A DNA stretch of 64,000 nucleotides from Hydrolagus affinis (GCA_012026655.1 JAAILG010000190.1:1-64000); one strand, 5' to 3'; positions 25,888 through 38,878 are shown, counted from the stretch's first letter. Notes: generated by a model not told the origin, from the sequence alone. Translations and numbers: made by a program.

Positions 25888-27264
25888 CATTTAATCCCCA
25901 TTGAAAGAGTGCTTGATGTTGAATTCTAGCTAGTAACCAAAAGTATGTCAAAAACTTTGAATGTGTAGTCATGTAGTTACCAGTGTACCATCTTGTGAAG
26001 CCTCGAAGCAGAATTTAAATGATATTAGTAGGTTTGGGGATCATCACCATTTAAATTATAGGATCGCTTAAATTTGCCACAGGCATGCATGATGGATAAC
26101 CTTGTAATGCCAGCTGCTGTTACGAGACACAGAGTAAAAGATACTAAACTGTACATTTTATCCTCCATGAAGTTAAAATCCACCTCAGTGAGTAGGCTAA
26201 TTAATAGTAATCTGCATAAAATAACATTGTACTTTTGATCCTGTGCCTTTAGGTATCTATCGCTGTCTGTCGTCTGTCTGTTGATGTCTGCATGGATTTA
26301 TATCTCTATCTATTTACAGCATTATCTATAATCTCTATCTATAAATTTTTAGATTTCCATTAATATTTAAACTAATTTTAAAACAATCTAATTTGCCATC
26401 CCATGACAATTACAATGAATTGAACTACAGGTATCTTAGTGTTGGGATTTGAGATAGGTATAAGTTAAAGTCAATACATTAACAAATAAATGCTTGTAAA
26501 TAATCATTGCTTTCTTCATAAGCACTGTAAATTTACAGCAAATAGAGTAGGTGGTCCCTCAGGATAAAAATAATGACTCCCTTCAGTGGATTCAAGCTCA
26601 GCGGCTTGCCTGGATTTTACAATGAATTATATACATTAACAGCTCTTGGAATTACAGAGCAAATGGAGTTCATGCCCATATCCTTTTGCAACTTTTATAA
26701 AAAGTGAAAGAATAATAGCCTTGTGCAAAAGATAGTTACCAAGAAAGCATTAAGTAGGCACCATAGTGAAGTGCAAAGTATGTGTGCTGCATAAATAACT
26801 AAATAAATGCCTCTGAGCATTAACTACTTGGGAGGCTTTCTCTTCATACGTTGATTTGGAAGACGGAGGGATCTCTATCTCAGAGATTCACAGCTTAGAT
26901 ACAAGGTATGGCCGCTGATCGTGATGCAGAGGGAGGGGAACGGGAGTCACCGTTAGCTGAGTCTGTAACAGAGGGTGTATTATTAACCTCAATTTTGCTG
27001 ACGCAATCTCACTCTGCTGACACTGATTGATTGATGGGATGATTTCCGGAGTCTTATCTGTGTTTAAAAGTGAGCATATTTTGGGAACCCAAACCACATA
27101 CAAAATAATGAACTCCCCAAGTTGCTGGCAGTTTGGGGAAACATTTTGGGTTAATGGCTGTGTTTCTCTGATGAGTGTAGCTGTTTTAGAATTTTATTGT
27201 ACTTGTTCAGTTTGTGGTTGAACTCAAGACAGGGCACATTAGTGTGTCCAGGGACACACTATCT

Positions 27265-27810
27265 CATAAGAACATAAGAACTCGCTCGTCAAAGGAAGAC
27301 CAAGGTCCATCCAGTTTGCTTTCCACCATCCTGACAGTCGCTTGACATGTCGTGTCCCAAACTATATACCCTATCCTAGATATCATTTTCAATAGAAATC
27401 TGTCTAATTTATTCTTGAACAAATCGCCACTTTCTGCTTCCCACGTCTGTCTCACTGTGGAGTCTGTTCTGTACGTTCACTATTTGTTCACTGAAATAAT
27501 GTTTCCACAGATTTGTATTGAATCCACCCACCCTCAATTGCAGGCCATGTCCTTTGGTTCTACTGTTCAGTACAAGTTAAAACAGCTGATCAGGGCCTAC
27601 ATTATCTAGTCCCTTCAGAATCTTAAAAACTGTAATTAGATTGGCCCTCAATCTTCTCTTCTCCAGTGTGAACATGCCCAGTTTATCTAATCTTTCCTCA
27701 TAGTCCAGTCCCTCTATCCCTTCAATAACGTTGGTTGCTTTCCACGGTATCCTCACAATCGCTGCAATATCCTTTTTATATTGCGGTGACCAGAACTGCC
27801 CACAGTATGA
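27265..27810 (-). mobile_element. CR1 LINE 3' fragment, second subfamily
   Basis: Peptide YCGQFWSPQYKKDI...LDYEERLDKLGMFTLEKRRLRANLITVFKILKG and FKNKLDRFL; (ATGTTCTT)n tail. Confidence 0.93.
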
Positions 27811-27877
27811 CAAGGGCAGATGCACTGGTAAAGACATGATAAGACAAGATATCCTAGTCCTAGTGAAATCTTACAGG

Positions 27878-28170
27878 TTTGGCAAGTTTCCTTACTCCAC
27901 ACGTTAACCTAGCAGTAATTAGGAATCCGGTTGTTAGTTGATTGGCGGATCGCTTTTCCTGGGTAATAATCCCTCCAAAAAAAAAAAATAATCATAATTT
28001 GGTCATCTTCAATCCACAATTGTTTGTGGGACACTCCTGTGTGCAATTGGCTACCGCGTTTCACCCACAAAATATACAGTTATTCACTTTACAGTTTATT
28101 CTGTGAAGTGCTTTGAGACGTCTCGAAGATGTTATAAGGTGTGTATTAAATGCAAGATTATTATTATTAT
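27878..28170 (+). mobile_element. tRNA-derived SINE, long variant, head missing
   Basis: ggcaagtttccttactccacacg, internal segment gcagtaattaggaatccggttgttagttgattggcggatcgcttttcc, core and tail. Confidence 0.88.
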
Positions 28171-29155
28171 TTAGAACATCTCCAGTCACATTCATTCTCA
28201 ACTGATCGATGCTGCTCTCTTTTATTGTATTCCATAGGTACTTGAACAAAACAAATGAATTACAATAATTAAAAGGAGCCCATATTTTAATTGGCATTCC
28301 TAATGAGACGTCACTAAGTAGCAGTTCATTGTGTTTATTCAATACAGCGTCTGTGCCGTTAATTGGTCCATAAGGTAAACTACGTAAAACATACAAAATT
28401 AAAACATGTCTTGCAACTATTCTGTAAAGTCCTATGATTCCATTATAGTATGTGGCTCACTCCCTGAAACCTATCATCTTGAATCATTTATTTACAGATT
28501 TTAACCGTTGCAAAAATACCCGCCCCTTTTCCATCTCTTCTCCCTTCAATCCAACTGGGCTCCCAGCCAACTGTCTGAAGTGCTTTGGTACATCCTTCCA
28601 ATATGAACTGTATCGAATGTAAAGATTATTATTTTGTAACTGTAAATTGCATTTAAATTTTAGTGAGCTCCAGTTTTTTTTAGTACTGTGTGCCGGTATA
28701 TTTATGCTAAGATCCTTTGTAGAACATTATCAGGAAATAATATGCAATAGATTAAAAGTATTATAGTGACTCACTACATTTACTTATATAGATTCATAAA
28801 ATATATGCACACAATTTAACATGCTGGTTACCAGCACATTTCAGAAAAAGATGGAAAATTGAGTTTCTTTTATTGATGACAAAGGATACTTCTAGAATAA
28901 GCCTTCCATATTTGTATTTTCATTAAACAAGCATTTTTAATTCATTAAACAAGCATTTTAATGAAAACAGTGTCTCTTAAACTTGGGTGACTAATTTCAT
29001 TACAATATTGTTGTAGAACTCAATAAAAACATCCAATTCAATCGATTTAAATCCTATTTAAGAGGATATTTTCAGAACCAAAGCTGGTTCAGTTGCTCTG
29101 GTATTGGCTCACCTGGCTTTGATTTGAGGGTTGTAACACTTGTGGAAATATTGGT

Positions 29156-29460
29156 AGAGTCCTGTAGCTCAGTGGTTAGAGCACTTGCCTTCCAAGCGAG
29201 AGACCTAGGTTCATTTCCAGGCAGGGTGAAACCTTGGGCAAGTTTCCTTACTCCATACGCCTAATAATAATCGCTCAAAAAACCACAATAACAATTTGGT
29301 CACTCAATCCACGACTGTTTGTGGGACAGTGCAGTGCACAATTGGCTGCCTCGTATTGCCCACAAATATACAGTCAATTCGCTTTACAGTATATTCTGTG
29401 AAGCTCATTGGGACGTCTAGAAGACGTGAAAACGCTATATCAAAAAGCAAGGATTATTAT
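29156..29460 (+). mobile_element. tRNA-derived SINE, full length
   Basis: A and B boxes, core and (att)n tail present. Confidence 0.93.
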
Positions 29461-30319
29461 TTTTCTTGCCTATTATACAGAATACTGAGTTCCTTCCTGT
29501 CTTGTACACTTAGGGGTGATGTCCATGAACTTAACCTCAGTCAGATTTAATTACTTTCCCTTGTTCTTATCTTTGCCTTTGGTTTATTTTTACCTTTCGT
29601 ACTGTTATTCAATTGCATATCTTTAACTCTCTTATCTCTTCAACTATTTTCTTTGTGATTTTCTTATCTCTCCATTGCCTGCTTCACTCGAATGTTGCAC
29701 CAACCTGCCCATCCATCTGGGCTGCAAGATTGCACCAAAAATTGCAATTCTAATTGAACTGCAGATATGCTGATCAGCAATTTAATATTCATGGTGGTGT
29801 TTCACTTCCAATTTGATAACAGCCAAACTGTGTAAATGTGTTTAATAAGATTCAGCAGTGAACAACATATTTAAGAGGATTTGAAAAGATTGGTTTCACA
29901 AGATCTGGCCAGCAACTAACTACAGTACTTATTTAATTGAATCTTCTTAATTCATACCTTTGCAGGAACTTGAATATTATTTTCCTATCAGACGGCAGAA
30001 ATTATTCTGTTTTTTATTTGATGAATTGTCACAGTCAACTAAAGACAATAAATTACTCCTTCAATTCTAGGTTAGGTTTTTTTTTAATGGAATTGCATCA
30101 AAATACTGTAGCTACAGAGATGATTTAAAATGTAATACATTATGCACAAGAAAGGTCTGTTTATGAAGCAGAAGATTTGTTAAGTAACAATAACTGAATA
30201 ACAGTTTGAGAAATGGCACAAGCAAGCAATCAAACTCCAGTATACAATATACAACTTTATATGTGGAAATGTCACAAGTTGAAGACTGAGCTAAATAGCA
30301 TAGACTGAGAGGCATTATT

Positions 30320-30590
30320 CAACGAGCTGACTTAATGAATATCCTTCAAAACTATTATGCAGAGAGTGGAGGACAAATCGACACACAAGTGCAGAAGGGG
30401 CAAATTAAATAAAATGCTCCAAACCAGATCATGAGGAAAATAAACAGGGGGATTAAGAATCATTTGTCAAAGGCTTTAAAGAGAAAGGAGAGTGTGTCCA
30501 TTGGATTGAATATAATACTGTGCTGAAAGAGGTTAAAAAAAGGATTGAGAGCCGAGAGAGAATTGGAAAGGGACTCGTTAATAGATACAA
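30320..30590 (+). mobile_element. Possible very old CR1 ORF2 internal remnant
   Basis: Purine-rich; translated fragments suggest FK...KY/PW...Y...VKK.I of the CR1 endonuclease-RT linker. Heavily decayed. Confidence 0.3.
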
Positions 30591-31431
30591 ATCATAATGC
30601 CTATGGTCATTAATTAGGTGGGAAATAACCTTTAGAAGGTGGAAAGTGAATGAGTGCCCAGCTTGTAAAATTCTGAGCATCTCGTGAAAATTTCACCCTG
30701 GTACCTTCTTACAGGAACTCTTGCAATCTGAAACATTTGAATGTTTAGATTCCCGTAATTGATGCCAGAGATTCCGAAAATCATTGACTGGAGATTTGTG
30801 GGCTCAAGTCTTTATATTTTCTTCTGTATTTTTTTAAAAAAGGGTTCCACATTTTCATAAGCAAAACTCTCCTGATCAAATATATTTTTGACACATGATA
30901 TACTGTAACTTTTATCTTTGAGGTAACCTCCATGAAAATTTATTTTCTGCACGTTTTTCATATTATGAAATGTAATTAGAAACACATATCAAACCCAAAA
31001 AGGACTTTATTCATGAGATTCTTGTTATTGTTGTTAACATTTTGTTTTGAACTTTGCTGCTGAAAGGCTACTGCATTGCTAAAAGGGTTAAACCAGCTGA
31101 ATACTGCACCTGCTTTTGTGTGTGAATGTGTGTTAAGCTAAGATGTGTTTTGAACATATCCTTCTCTTCCTTAAAGTTAAATTATTTATCTTGGAGATGC
31201 TGTGTAGCAATGCTTAGCATTAAAATGTTTAAATTATTAAACACGATGAATATAACAGATGTAAGTAGGCAGAAATCCTTTGGGAATTGCTTTGTGGGCA
31301 GTGAACTGCTTTTTAAATACACTGTTGTCAATATCCATCTCACAAGTAATAAAATGCAGTTCAGCTTTTGTGCCAAAGGGCTCTTGCTTGTGGAAATATT
31401 CATGGAATAATAGAAATCCATTATTTTGGTG

Positions 31432-31552
31432 TTATAATAATAATAAGAATCCTTGCATTTGAGGTAGTGCCTTGCCATGTCTTTAATATGCTTCAAAACA
31501 CTTCACAAAATAGATTGTAAAGTAGACTGACTGTATATTTTCTGGGCGAAAC
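31432..31552 (-). mobile_element. SINE 3' tail fragment
   Basis: aatccttgcatttga...cacttcacaaaatag...tgactgtatattttctgggcgaaac. Confidence 0.75.
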
Positions 31553-31659
31553 AAAATGCCTGTTGAATGATACAAGCTAGTTTCAGAACTTGTTCATCAA
31601 TTGTGATTTTAATCTGATAGTCTAACTTGACTTGTCTGGACTCTGTCACACATTTAGTT

Positions 31660-31975
31660 TCTGTGCATGGTTCAGTTCGTAGCTTTCCTGTCTCAGAAGG
31701 TTATGGGATCAAGCTCCACAATAGACCTCACAGTCTAGACTGATACTCTAGGACAGTGCTGGGAATGGATTGATGCGCCATCAAAGGTGCCATCTCTTGG
31801 ATGAGAAGATAAACCTCCCGATTGTTTAGGTGTCTGTTAAAGACCCTCTGATACTACTTGAAAAGAGAAATGAGTTTTTCCCGGTGTCTCAGCTAACAGT
31901 CCCCCAGACAAAATTGATTCTTTATTTAATAGTCATTTGTGAGATATTGTGTGCAGAATGGATGCCACATTTTTC
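31660..31975 (+). mobile_element. Old Deu-domain SINE (SacSINE1-like)
   Basis: tcagaaggttatgggatcaagctcc...tctagactgatactc...ggtgccatctcttggatgagaagataaacc...catttgtgagatattgtgtgcagaatggatgcc. Confidence 0.7.
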
Positions 31976-34900
31976 TTTGAATCTGCAAACTTTTAGATTA
32001 CAGAATTTCACAAAAATAACGCTTGGTTCAATTTTTATTTATTTGTCTTTTTGTCATTTTTTAAAAAAAAATGCTCATCATATATTTGGCTCTGGAGCTC
32101 TGTCCTGCCTACAATACCAGTTTAGATGGACATGGATGAGGTATGAAAGTCCATTCAGATGCTCCAAGACATCTCTACTCTCACAAGAGCTTAACCACAG
32201 GGAATCTGAAACTGCCTACATTTCTGCAAATCACACTTATAATCCCTTGCTCTTTGAGATTGTTTTTTATCCTCCCAAGGATAGGTTACAATACAAATTA
32301 CTTTTTTTGGGATGGAGAATAAAATTGACTTTGATCAAAACTAATCAGTGAAAAAAAATCTGTTTTCCCTTATATTTCTGGTGAAATGACGTGAGGAATC
32401 AGGCTTTGAGTTACTGGCTGCTGACTTTCTTTCACTCTTTCTCTCTCTACTGGCTTCTTTTTATGTGTATGGGAAGGATGTCAATGCTCACCACTCTTCT
32501 TTGTCTATGGCCACATTTCTCTAATGAGGAAGACCTGTGTTCCCACAGTCACTGAAGGTTGACTGTACTCTGTACTCTATGAGAGCTTTTGCTATCTGTT
32601 GAGAAGGCTGATGGTGCCAATATCTATGGGATGTAAACACATACTTTTTTATTGTTGTTTTGGTTACCTTTTTTTCTCTAAGCTATTGTAGTATATTCAC
32701 TCATGTGTTTGGACCAGATTTAATTTCAGGACTACAAATACACTTTACAAATCAACTTGGATTTGATATAGTGTCACAACAGCTTTAAACATCTCAAAAG
32801 TGCTTCATGGGATTTACTCTTAAAGGGTAGTGCTTGTAGATTTGTCAGCAAACATGGCAGCCACCAAATTGCGCACAACATATGAAGGTGAGTGAACAAT
32901 TGTTACCTTAAGTAGGCGAAGTGAGGGAGAATAAACCAAGTTTGGTGACGATGCACTATTTTATACAAAGGATACTACATAAATGCAGTCTTCCTCCGAA
33001 TTGGAAAACAAACCCATTACTGAACCAATTGCAGGACTGAGTACTAAATGTATGGGTTTCATTTAGCAGGAAACCAATTTAAAGCAGAATAATTATCTCT
33101 GTGTGAATATAACATAAGTGTCTTTTTAAATAATAACTTCTTGCTGAAGTACCTGCCCCCTTCATAGTGTTTAAAATATTTGACAACCATTTAGTTTTGT
33201 ATAATCTTGTTTGGATCACTCTTCTGCACAGCTGTAGTGGAATAATTTGAAAATTGAATGTTTTTTTTAATAATTTCTAAATAGAATATTGTGGTTAGCC
33301 AGTGAGGCGGTTTAGGAAAGTAAGCAGCTGAGTGTTTTGTTCCCAACTACAGTATAATGGTGTTGCTTACTTCTCCAGCTCAGCAGGGAACCGTTCTATG
33401 TTTTCAGCCCAGCTCACAGCGATCGCTGTGACTGGTTTAGTAGGAATGCTGTTTGCACAGCGTGATTTGGAAACTAGTCCCACTGGAGCCCTGCTGCTGA
33501 GACCCTCTTAAGGGAATGGCTTTGCCAGCACTCTGATGTACACCCAATCCCATAAACAGTTCAAAAGCAGTGGGTGTGTATTGGTTCTGGCTCGGCTGCA
33601 CTCTTAACAAATTCCTGGACGATTCAGTGGATGACCCCATAACTTTCAAGGGACCGACCGCTTCTTAGTGTTGATCAACCTCGTGGCCAAATTGGCTCCC
33701 TAAACTCATGCAGCTTATCACCAAATTTGCCATTTTGCTCATTTCATTAGTTATTCGTGCATTACCATAATTCCCAAATGAAGTTTTTTCTAAACATCCT
33801 CAGCCAATATAATGAGCAGGAGTGAGAAGTGTATAAATCAGCCTTCCTGGTTCATGTTGATTTACTGATCAAGTGAAAATGTTTTGCTTCCAGTTCTCTA
33901 AATGGAGCTCCAAAAAGCATTCAATAATTTGGTTTAAAACCTCAGGTACCTTTAGGAGAAGTGGTGCTTCCATTGTTAAGTGTACTCCCCCACCCACCCA
34001 ACCTCTCAAACATCCTTTCAGTTGAATCACTAGTTTTTAACTCTTCTTTCAAAAAAAAGCCTCCCTCAAGTGAATGTGCTCAGATAATCCCAGTTAAGAT
34101 CATATTTCTTACTTGTTCATCTTGAAGCCAACGGTAATAGAACTGTTTTTAATTCCGGGAGCTTATCAATGTGCTGACAAATTAGTTCAGAAGGACATAA
34201 CAACAGTTTGTTAATACAGTATAACAAAATAAGCAAATAACAAATAGTTATAGAGATTACAAATAAGAACCCAGACTAACAAGACAACTCACCACAAGAT
34301 GATTGTTAGACTTAATTTCCCTCAGTGGACACATGATTCACATGGCAACAACTAATAAACAGTTACAGAACTCATGTGTTCACTTTGCTAATTCACTTTA
34401 GAGACCTCTTCTTTCCACACAGTAATTCTTCTTAGCATCATTTGTATGCCACCATGTTAACAAAAACTATCCACACACATGTAAAAATACCTAATCTCAC
34501 CACACAACTGAATTCTTTCAGCTATTGTTTTCTTGTGCAACACCTTACAATAAAAAGTGTCTCTATTTCCTACCAACTCAAAATAATTTCTAGTTAAAAT
34601 CTGATTTTCCTCTCCGAATACAGCAGCATGATTTTGCTTCTCAATGCCAGTCTTATTTCTGCTTCACTGTCTGCCCTACAGTTTGATTTAAAATAGACTT
34701 TTTCCTGAGCTGGACTTGCTTGTCGTGCGTACTGAAAACAAAAATCTGTGGAACTTTGGTAAGAGTTTAGGGCTCTGGAGTTTTGAGCTGCATTTGAATG
34801 TACACGCCCTGGGAATGTTTGTTAGGTGGGGGACAAAATTTCATTTCCCCAAATCACTCACTTTCAAAATCACCCAAAACAACAGGAATTCACTGTGTAT

Positions 34901-35564
34901 TTAAAATGTTTGTGCTGCAGTCAGCAGATGTATGTGATCCCAGAGTAACTGAGGTAGATTTCCACCTGCAGTTACTCACAGAATGAATCCACAATCTATA
35001 AAGTATCCACGGGGGGGATACTGATTAGACAGAGTACACGAAGATCGAATCAATCAGTCAATTATCTGGTAGCCTTGAATGATTATAATCCTTGCATTTG
35101 CAACTCCTTATCGCTTTGAAATGTCACAAAATGCCTCATGTTAATTATTGATAAGTGTAGTGACCATGTATTTGTAGGCAGCCAATTTATGCACAGCAAT
35201 GTCGCACAAACAGGCATGGTGTCCAAGAATTAGTTAATTTGACATCCATATGAACACTTGAAACATTACTAAAAATCTGCAGTGATTACTACAGTTTCAT
35301 TAATAAGAAGTACAATGTGTTGTTTCTGAGCAGCTTCTGAGGTGAGTGAAATAATAAAGATATTAATGTGTTGATTTCTCCTTTGTGTTCTGCCAATAAA
35401 CACTGATCTAAATTGGATAGGAGCTAAGATGTAAATTTGCTTTGCTAGCTTGCTGTTGAGTTTGAAGTACAGAAAGCATAGATTTTTATAAGTCTGACAA
35501 TGTGAAAGCAGCTAGTGTGGAGTCTGTTGAAGACATTGCAAAATGAAGCTTCATTGTAAAATAG

Positions 35565-35925
35565 TAATAATCCTTGCATGTGATACTGCACATGCCAGGA
35601 GGATGTCTCAAAGTGCTTCACATGAGTTATTGACTAGTTTAGTGACTGTGTTTTGTGGACAAATATGGTAACCAATTTGCTCACACCTGTACAGTGAGGA
35701 ACCAGCTTTATTTAGTGGATTGTTGGCCAGGACACCTGGAGAAAGAAACTCCTTTTTCTTTTTGGACAGTGTCATGGGATCTTTAGCATCCATCCAGGCG
35801 TGGACAGGGCCTTGGTTTAACATCTCACCCGATTAGATTATGTGGGTTCCAAGATCTAAGGGGTTTGAACCTACAACCTTCTGACTCAGAGATGAGAGTG
35901 CAACCAAACAAGCCACTGACACACA
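35565..35925 (-). mobile_element. Old Deu-domain SINE (SacSINE1-like)
   Basis: Reverse complement contains gcactctcatctctgagtcagaaggttgtaggttcaaaccc, gagatgttaaaccaagg, aaagatcccatgacact, ggtgtcctggccaac and the shared tail. Confidence 0.8.
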
Positions 35926-36689
35926 TAGCTAACATAGCCAATAAGTGCAAAATGTGATGGAAATAATTAGTAGTCAATGAAAGTGAATTCTGTAATAGTT
36001 GTTCTTTTACATTCTCAGGACTATTCAAATGGATTAATATCTTTCCTTAAAATTTGCGGCAGCTAACAATTCTAATGTGTTCAAAATCTAATTGTAATCC
36101 ACCTTCAATAGCTAATTAGCCACTGTATGTCCTGGATACAAGTCTAAATACAAATAATAACCCTGTTTGAGCAAGGAGAGGACAAATTCTGACTTTGGGA
36201 GTTTCCAGTTTATAACTGCTTTTGTTTTAAAATTGACAGTTACATAATTAAATCCTGTGTTTATGTCCTTATGAGGAAAAGCAATACATCAATGTCACTT
36301 GTTTGTTTTCTATCTCAAATACACCAGGGTGATTGATGCATATGATTTCAGATTTAGTTTTCCTTTCGTTACTGATCAAATTGACACAATTGGTGCATCA
36401 TTAGTAAGAATGGATTGCTACTTAAATCTGCCAGCTGCAGGTTCCCTGACGCTCGTCCCCATGTATATTAGTCCAGCTCCTCTCCTGGAATAAAAGCTTT
36501 GTGAAGTACTGGTATTGATGTAAGAGTCTCTACATTAGGACTCCAGTGCTTTCACATTAGGCTGCTCTTGTGATAAACGCAGAAGGGAATAGCGATGATA
36601 AATAACTGGTTGATACCCAGAGCCCTCCTTGATGGCTAGTGGATAGAAGCACTTCATGATGCAATCCTAAACTACACAAGACAGGAAGA

Positions 36690-36930
36690 CTTGCAAATCT
36701 GAATTCAAACCTGCATTCGGTTCTCAGTTGGCTTCAGTATAACCGTAAATTAGCTTCCCTGAATCAGTTTGTGTCTCTGGGATGAAGGGAGAAATATATC
36801 ATTCGAGTTTCCCAATCTCTAACCAGTTACCTCCCAATGGAAAGTTTACACATATGAACATCTGGTAGAGACAGGACTCGGCTCAGCTGTGGTACCATCC
36901 ATCGCTGAATATTCTAATGACACTCAATGG
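36690..36930 (+). mobile_element. Ancient SINE-like remnant
   Basis: ggaaagtttacacatatgaacatctggtagagacaggactcggctcagctgtgg resembles an old chondrichthyan SINE body, recalled from memory. Confidence 0.4.
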
Positions 36931-38666
36931 GGTCTAATTTGTGCAGTTTGCTGATGCTGGCGAGTGTTTTGTTTAGCATTTCTTTGGGGATTTTCTATTA
37001 TAAGTGTGAAAGAAACAGTCCACGTTAGACTCAGCTGCCCGAGCTTCCACGTGAAGAATAAAGTTCACCCTGGCAACAACACGAAGAACATTTATATGGC
37101 GTTTTCCACACCGGGCGGCGTCGCTCACACACGTTTACGAAGAGAAAGTTACTGGTGCATCCAAATGTCCTTGCTGCAGTGATCAGAAGAATCTTTTGAT
37201 GTCAGTGCCTAGCTGGTGAGGGGAAGGGATATTTAACCCTCTTGAATAATGCATTCGGCCCAAGTGTTATTGCAGAGCTGTGGACGGCTCCAAATTGCCC
37301 TGTGAATCGTTTGATATCGAATGGACTCTGTTTGAATGGCCCTGCGTGCCTGCCATTGAATACAATAGTTCATTTAAATTCAAATTTTGCTTTGTCAGTC
37401 TATGAATAATTGCCCTTACTGGAATAGGATATTCAGCACGGCTACCTTTTCTCAAATTGGAATGGTTAAAAAAAATTGAAAACAAATAACAGTAAGGCAG
37501 GCTTGACACTAAAAATGATCCCAGATAATTAATAAACAGGGGGGAAAAAATGGAAGTACAAACAGAGAACTGTGGGTGAGGAGGTGATTGAGGGTACTGG
37601 CTTTGTGGTAGACAGCAGCAGCATAACTTAACTTATCTTTAGATAAGGCAAACAAGTAATATATTCATAACATTTTCAGAAATGATTCTACAATCTTTAT
37701 TCATTTGATTGAAATTGCTAATACATAGTAAAATTGGAGATGGGTATTTAAATATCAGTTTATACCGCATTATAAGTTTAGTTTTTTAATATTTAAAGTA
37801 AGTGCCTTATTTATGAATTTCCATCAATTCATTTTTTTTCTGGCCACCAGTTTTTCTTTATTCTCCAGTCTCATAAAAAGTTCTTAAACTTTTTCATTCT
37901 TAACGGCGAGTACCGGTATGTGCATGTGCCTCTGCTCTGTTCTTAATTGGTGTGTGCGCGCAGAACTATCCCAACAGGAGGAATTGCTGCACTGTATCAG
38001 AAACAACCCAGGCACTGCAGGTCTCCACCATTTATTTACTTCCAAGAGGAGTCAAGGTCTTAAACAAAATGCACTATCCAGAAGCTCAAATGACTTCAGT
38101 TCTGCTGCTGTTGAAATACGGTGGAACCCACTTACATGTCCTGCTGTAGGCTTGTTTATATATTTACTGATACCTGCAGTGTAGTGTGCTTCAGGTGATG
38201 ACTGGCTGGCCTCCTGCATATTGTGAACATGCATCGATATATAGAAAGTACCAGTATTGTCGTTTCCTTCCTGCTGCAGCTGCAGACTGTGCACAAGAGA
38301 GATACTGTTGGTATCGCTTTTGGAACTGAGTGGTATCAGCAGTGATCTGATGACCCCGGAAGGACTGACAGATGACCATTTTTTCACGCTTCCATATACA
38401 GTAATTGAGTTTACGGGTCCAATCCACTGAATCATAACAGGCTCAGCATGAATGCCCTATTGTCACTGTTGGCAGAACCCATGATTGTAGGAGCTAGTGA
38501 GGACTTACGAAACTCTGACCTAAAGTTTAGTGCAGGGACTGACTGGCTGGCACACAGCAAGTGTTTTTATGGATTAAATGGGGATCCAGCCATGCACGCA
38601 ATCCAACCCCCAGGAACCTTGACGCTGTTGCTCAGGAGGTAACATTCTTTTCTTTGTATTTTACAG

Positions 38667-38793
38667 TGATATTCAGCCAGCTGGGGACACTGCAAGTAAA
38701 ACAAGGCCGAGGGTTGCTTCCAAGTTTTCCAGACTGAGCAGGACTCACAACAGGGAGACACGGAATCCCGAGCCTCAGAGCGGTGACTTATGA
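38667..38793 (+). CDS. SNX29: Sorting nexin-29, terminal coding exon
   Basis: Pyrimidine tract ttcttttctttgtattttacag|T completes the split Val codon (GT+T). Continues DIQPAGDTASKTRPRVASKFSRLSRTHNRETRNPEPQSGDL*, matching the SNX29 C-terminus ...RETRNVEPQSGDL. Confidence 0.96.
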
Positions 38794-38872
38794 CCTATGA
38801 ACTGGAAGGGATCCCATCTTTCTTCCCAGCCGCCGTTTCTTATACCAGTCTAACTTGTTGTTGGCTGAGATA

Positions 38873-38878
38873 AATAAA
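38873..38878 (+). promoter_or_regulatory. Candidate proximal poly(A) signal of SNX29
   Basis: First AATAAA after the stop, about 80 nt downstream. Usage unproven; more distal sites exist. Confidence 0.3.

Noticed and set aside
28919-28965. 22-nt tandem duplication with inverted ends
   Set aside because: AT-rich slippage product.
31830-32351. Longest ORF in the track (173 aa)
   Set aside because: Begins within a Deu-SINE on a non-ATG start; no recognisable domain or splice context.
38431-38640. Apparent exon ending GAG|gtaac just before the SNX29 last exon
   Set aside because: The implied intron would be only 28 nt, too short for the vertebrate spliceosome.
38791-38800. Stop-codon readthrough at SNX29 TGA
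   Set aside because: Context is TGA-CCTA, not the established TGA-CTAG motif.
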